This document shows, piece by piece, positions 27,975 through 29,932 of a DNA stretch of 29,932 nucleotides. The stretch comes from Pseudobacteriovorax sp. GTDB taxonomy: Bacteria > Bdellovibrionota_B > Oligoflexia > Oligoflexales > Oligoflexaceae. A program made the translations under genes and the position numbers. The stretch lies in assembly GCA_050293845.1 (NCBI GenBank), contig JBNKNM010000049.1, positions 1-29,932 of the forward strand. The letters run 5' to 3'. The stretch's first letter is position 1. Every line of letters begins with the position of its first letter. Below the pieces are notes generated by a model that was not told the origin of the DNA, did not search any database, and saw nothing but the letters and a program-made list of their open reading frames with translations.

Positions 27975-28595
27975 TCATGGCTCTAATAATATAATTTGAA
28001 CTATTTCATATAAATCTTTCGATAGCTCCTCTTTATTTAGACCCGCCCTTGCTCGAAAAGCAAAACCTTGTCTTAAATCAAATATCATTCTTGCTCTTTT
28101 TTTTGACGGAAAATTAGGAGAAAGAACACCCTTTTCTTTTTCTAATTCAAACCTTCGTGTGAACCTTTTTTCTGTCTCAAAAATAGCTTGTCTAAGAAGA
28201 TCTTTTACATCGTCATGCTCTGCTGCGCTCGTGGCAACACATGAGCTTAGAAAGCAACCCGTTGTACCTTTGGAATTTTCAAGAGAGTCATTGATGACTT
28301 CTTTAAAAAAATATCTAACGGCTTTCTTAATATCTGATTCCGCTTCAAAAGCCATAATCGGTTTACAATTATTATCCTTAGTATAAGCTTCAACAGCTTT
28401 AATAAAAAGTTCATGCTTACTACCAAATGCAGAGTAAAGACTTGGACCACTGATTCCCATCTCTGTAGTCAAATCATTTAAAGACGCCCCCTCATATCCT
28501 TTTCTCCAAAAAACATGAATAGCTTTACTTAAAGCTTGATTAACATCAAACTGTCTTGGTCTTCCCTTTTTTTGTCTAACTTCAGTCTTTTTCAT
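27975..28595 (-). CDS. TetR/AcrR-family regulator
   Basis: GRPRQFD, FWRKGYEGASLNDLT, GISGPSLYSAFGSKHELF HTH, GCF motif. Confidence 0.95.
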   Translation of the reverse strand: MKKTEVRQKKGRPRQFDVNQALSKAIHVFWRKGYEGASLNDLTTEMGISGPSLYSAFGSKHELFIKAVEAYTKDNNCKPIMAFEAESDIKKAVRYFFKEVINDSLENSKGTTGCFLSSCVATSAAEHDDVKDLLRQAIFETEKRFTRRFELEKEKGVLSPNFPSKKRARMIFDLRQGFAFRARAGLNKEELSKDLYEIVQIILLEP

Positions 28596-28693
28596 TTTTA
28601 AGCCAGCTCTGTAAGTTCTATAAATTGTGGCGAAAAACCTCTTTTTAAATAGCGACTCTAGAGGTAACTATTTAATTTTATTAAAATGTTATC

Positions 28694-28774
28694 ATATTTA
28701 TGTAGTAAGCGATACAAAAATATTGACTCCGTATAGGTGGCCTGCTATTTTTATATCGATCGATACAAAAATAG
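28694..28774. promoter_or_regulatory. Two TetR operators and the SDR promoter
   Basis: 30-bp near-perfect palindrome CTATTTTTATATCGATCGATACAAAAATAG (28745-28774). A degenerate copy at 28694-28723 shares CGATACAAAAATA. TTGACT-N17-TATTTT with extended TG at 28723-28751. Confidence 0.75.
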
Positions 28775-28782
28775 GGGAAAGT

Positions 28783-28953
28783 ATGCGAAAATTAAATGGA
28801 AAAATTGCGGTTGTAACTGGCGGCAATAGCGGAATTGGCTATTACTCAGCGAAACGATTAAAAAAAGATGGTGCAACGGTTATTATCACGGGGAGGTCTG
28901 AGGAGAAAGTGAATCAAGCAGCTGCTGAGCTAGGAGTAACTGGCTTTGTGGCG
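28783..28953 (+). pseudogene. SDR oxidoreductase 5' fragment interrupted by IS256
   Basis: MRKLNGKIAVVTGGNSGIG...VIITGRS Rossmann motif. Similarity stops at GFVA, where the IS begins, and the frame ends at 28986. Confidence 0.88.
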
Positions 28954-29846
28954 GGATATGAGAAAAATTGGTGTTTGAGTAAGTAAGAAAGACGGCGTAA
29001 GCTGACCAACGATATTCAAAATAAAAAACTAAAAATGTTGGAGGTTACGCCGTGGAAATGAAGCCTGATAGTGTCATATCGATCTCAGAAAATCCAGCCG
29101 ATATACTTACAAAGCTGCTGAGAGAAGGGGCGCAGAAGATGCTGGCTCAAGCTGTTGAGTCCGAAGTAAGCGAGTATTTAAAATCAGTCAATTCGGACGG
29201 CATTCAGGTTATACGCAATGGTAAGGCACCGGCTAGAAAGATTATGAGTGGTCTAGGGCCTATCGAAGTTCAAAGACAGAAACTCAGAAGCAAGCCGGGC
29301 AACAATAACCCTAAGTTCACCAGCAAATTACTGCCCCCTTACCTGCGGAAATCAAAAAGCCTTGAAGAGCTGATACCGTGGCTCTATTTAAAAGGGGTTT
29401 CCAGCTCGGATATGGAGTCCGCATTGGAGCCGCTATTGGGCAAACATCTTTCAGGTTTTTCTGCTTCGACTGTGACCACCTTAACAAGACAGTGGGCTGC
29501 TGACTATGAGGCTTGGAATAAGACTCCTATAAACGAGAGAATCATTTATATATGGGCCGATGGCGTCTACTTTGATATAAGGCTCGGCGAAGACCAGAAG
29601 ATGTGTGTGTTGGTCATTATAGGAGCTACAGCCGGAGGCGAGAAGAAGCTGCTAGGAATGGAGGCAGGGTATAGGGAGTCAAAGATTAGTTGGGTCAACC
29701 TTTTAAAGAAGATCCAAGACCGAGGATTGTCGGTAGCTCCTGAACTTGGGATAGGTGATGGTGCTATGGGATTTTGGGCTGCTCTAGACGAGGTCTACCC
29801 TCAAACCAAGCATCAGCGTTGCTGGGTTCATCGAACTGCGATTTGA
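28953..29846 (+). mobile_element. IS256-family element, 3'-truncated
   Basis: Left end GGGATATGAGAAAAATTGGTGT at the SDR break point (boundary uncertain by about 1 nt), followed by the transposase. Confidence 0.85.
29052..29846 (+). pseudogene. IS256/Mutator transposase lacking its C-terminal portion
   Basis: RNG, LPPYLRKS, LYLKGVS, IWADGVYF (D1), RES..SW, GDGAMGFW (D2), QRCWVH. Stops at 264 aa, before the catalytic Glu. Confidence 0.9.
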
Positions 29847-29932
29847 AAATTTGTTACTAAGCCACCGAGCGTTTTAGTTTTTCGTATTAGCATATTCTCA
29901 AAATCCAGAATTTTGCTGTTGGTTAGCACAGC

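Noticed and set aside
28627..28782. N-terminal half of the 119-aa ORF
   Set aside because: It runs through the operator/promoter region. The real SDR start is ATG 28783 after AGGGG.
29891..29906. CATATTCTCAAAATCC as the IS256 right inverted repeat
   Set aside because: Only a partial, gapped match to the left end, and SDR sequence does not resume after it.
1..29932. CRISPR arrays, tRNA/rRNA, tmRNA, RNase P, known riboswitches
   Set aside because: No regularly spaced repeats or recognisable consensus found by eye. An Rfam scan would be needed to exclude divergent members.

Overview
A bacterial chromosomal window of mostly housekeeping genes. The flagellin N-terminus [12 protein letters not shown] and the gene mix suggest a Bdellovibrionota/Oligoflexia-like organism (inference only). 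In order it carries: a probable IS200/IS605-type terminal hairpin fused to the RBS of an EamA transporter, hflX-pgi, glyoxylate shunt aceB-aceA, a putative outer-membrane beta-barrel, an ABC-F ATPase with a candidate uORF attenuator, a lone flagellin, and gltB-gltD behind a ~500-nt leader (promoter, operator-like palindrome, uORF, G-quadruplex motif, stems). Then come an uncharacterised four-gene cluster (RHH-like protein, TauE, Glu-rich polytopic membrane protein, secreted MIDAS/VWA protein), two lipoproteins including an M4/M36 metallopeptidase, miaE-pepQ, a Zn-ribbon/HDOD protein, small proteins, and a TetR/SDR pair whose SDR is broken by a truncated IS256. No rRNA, tRNA or CRISPR array was seen. 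The best candidates for new biology are the membrane protein-VWA module, the gltB leader, the ABC-F leader and an unannotated 22-aa hydrophobic peptide. All calls come from reading motifs by eye; no database search was run.
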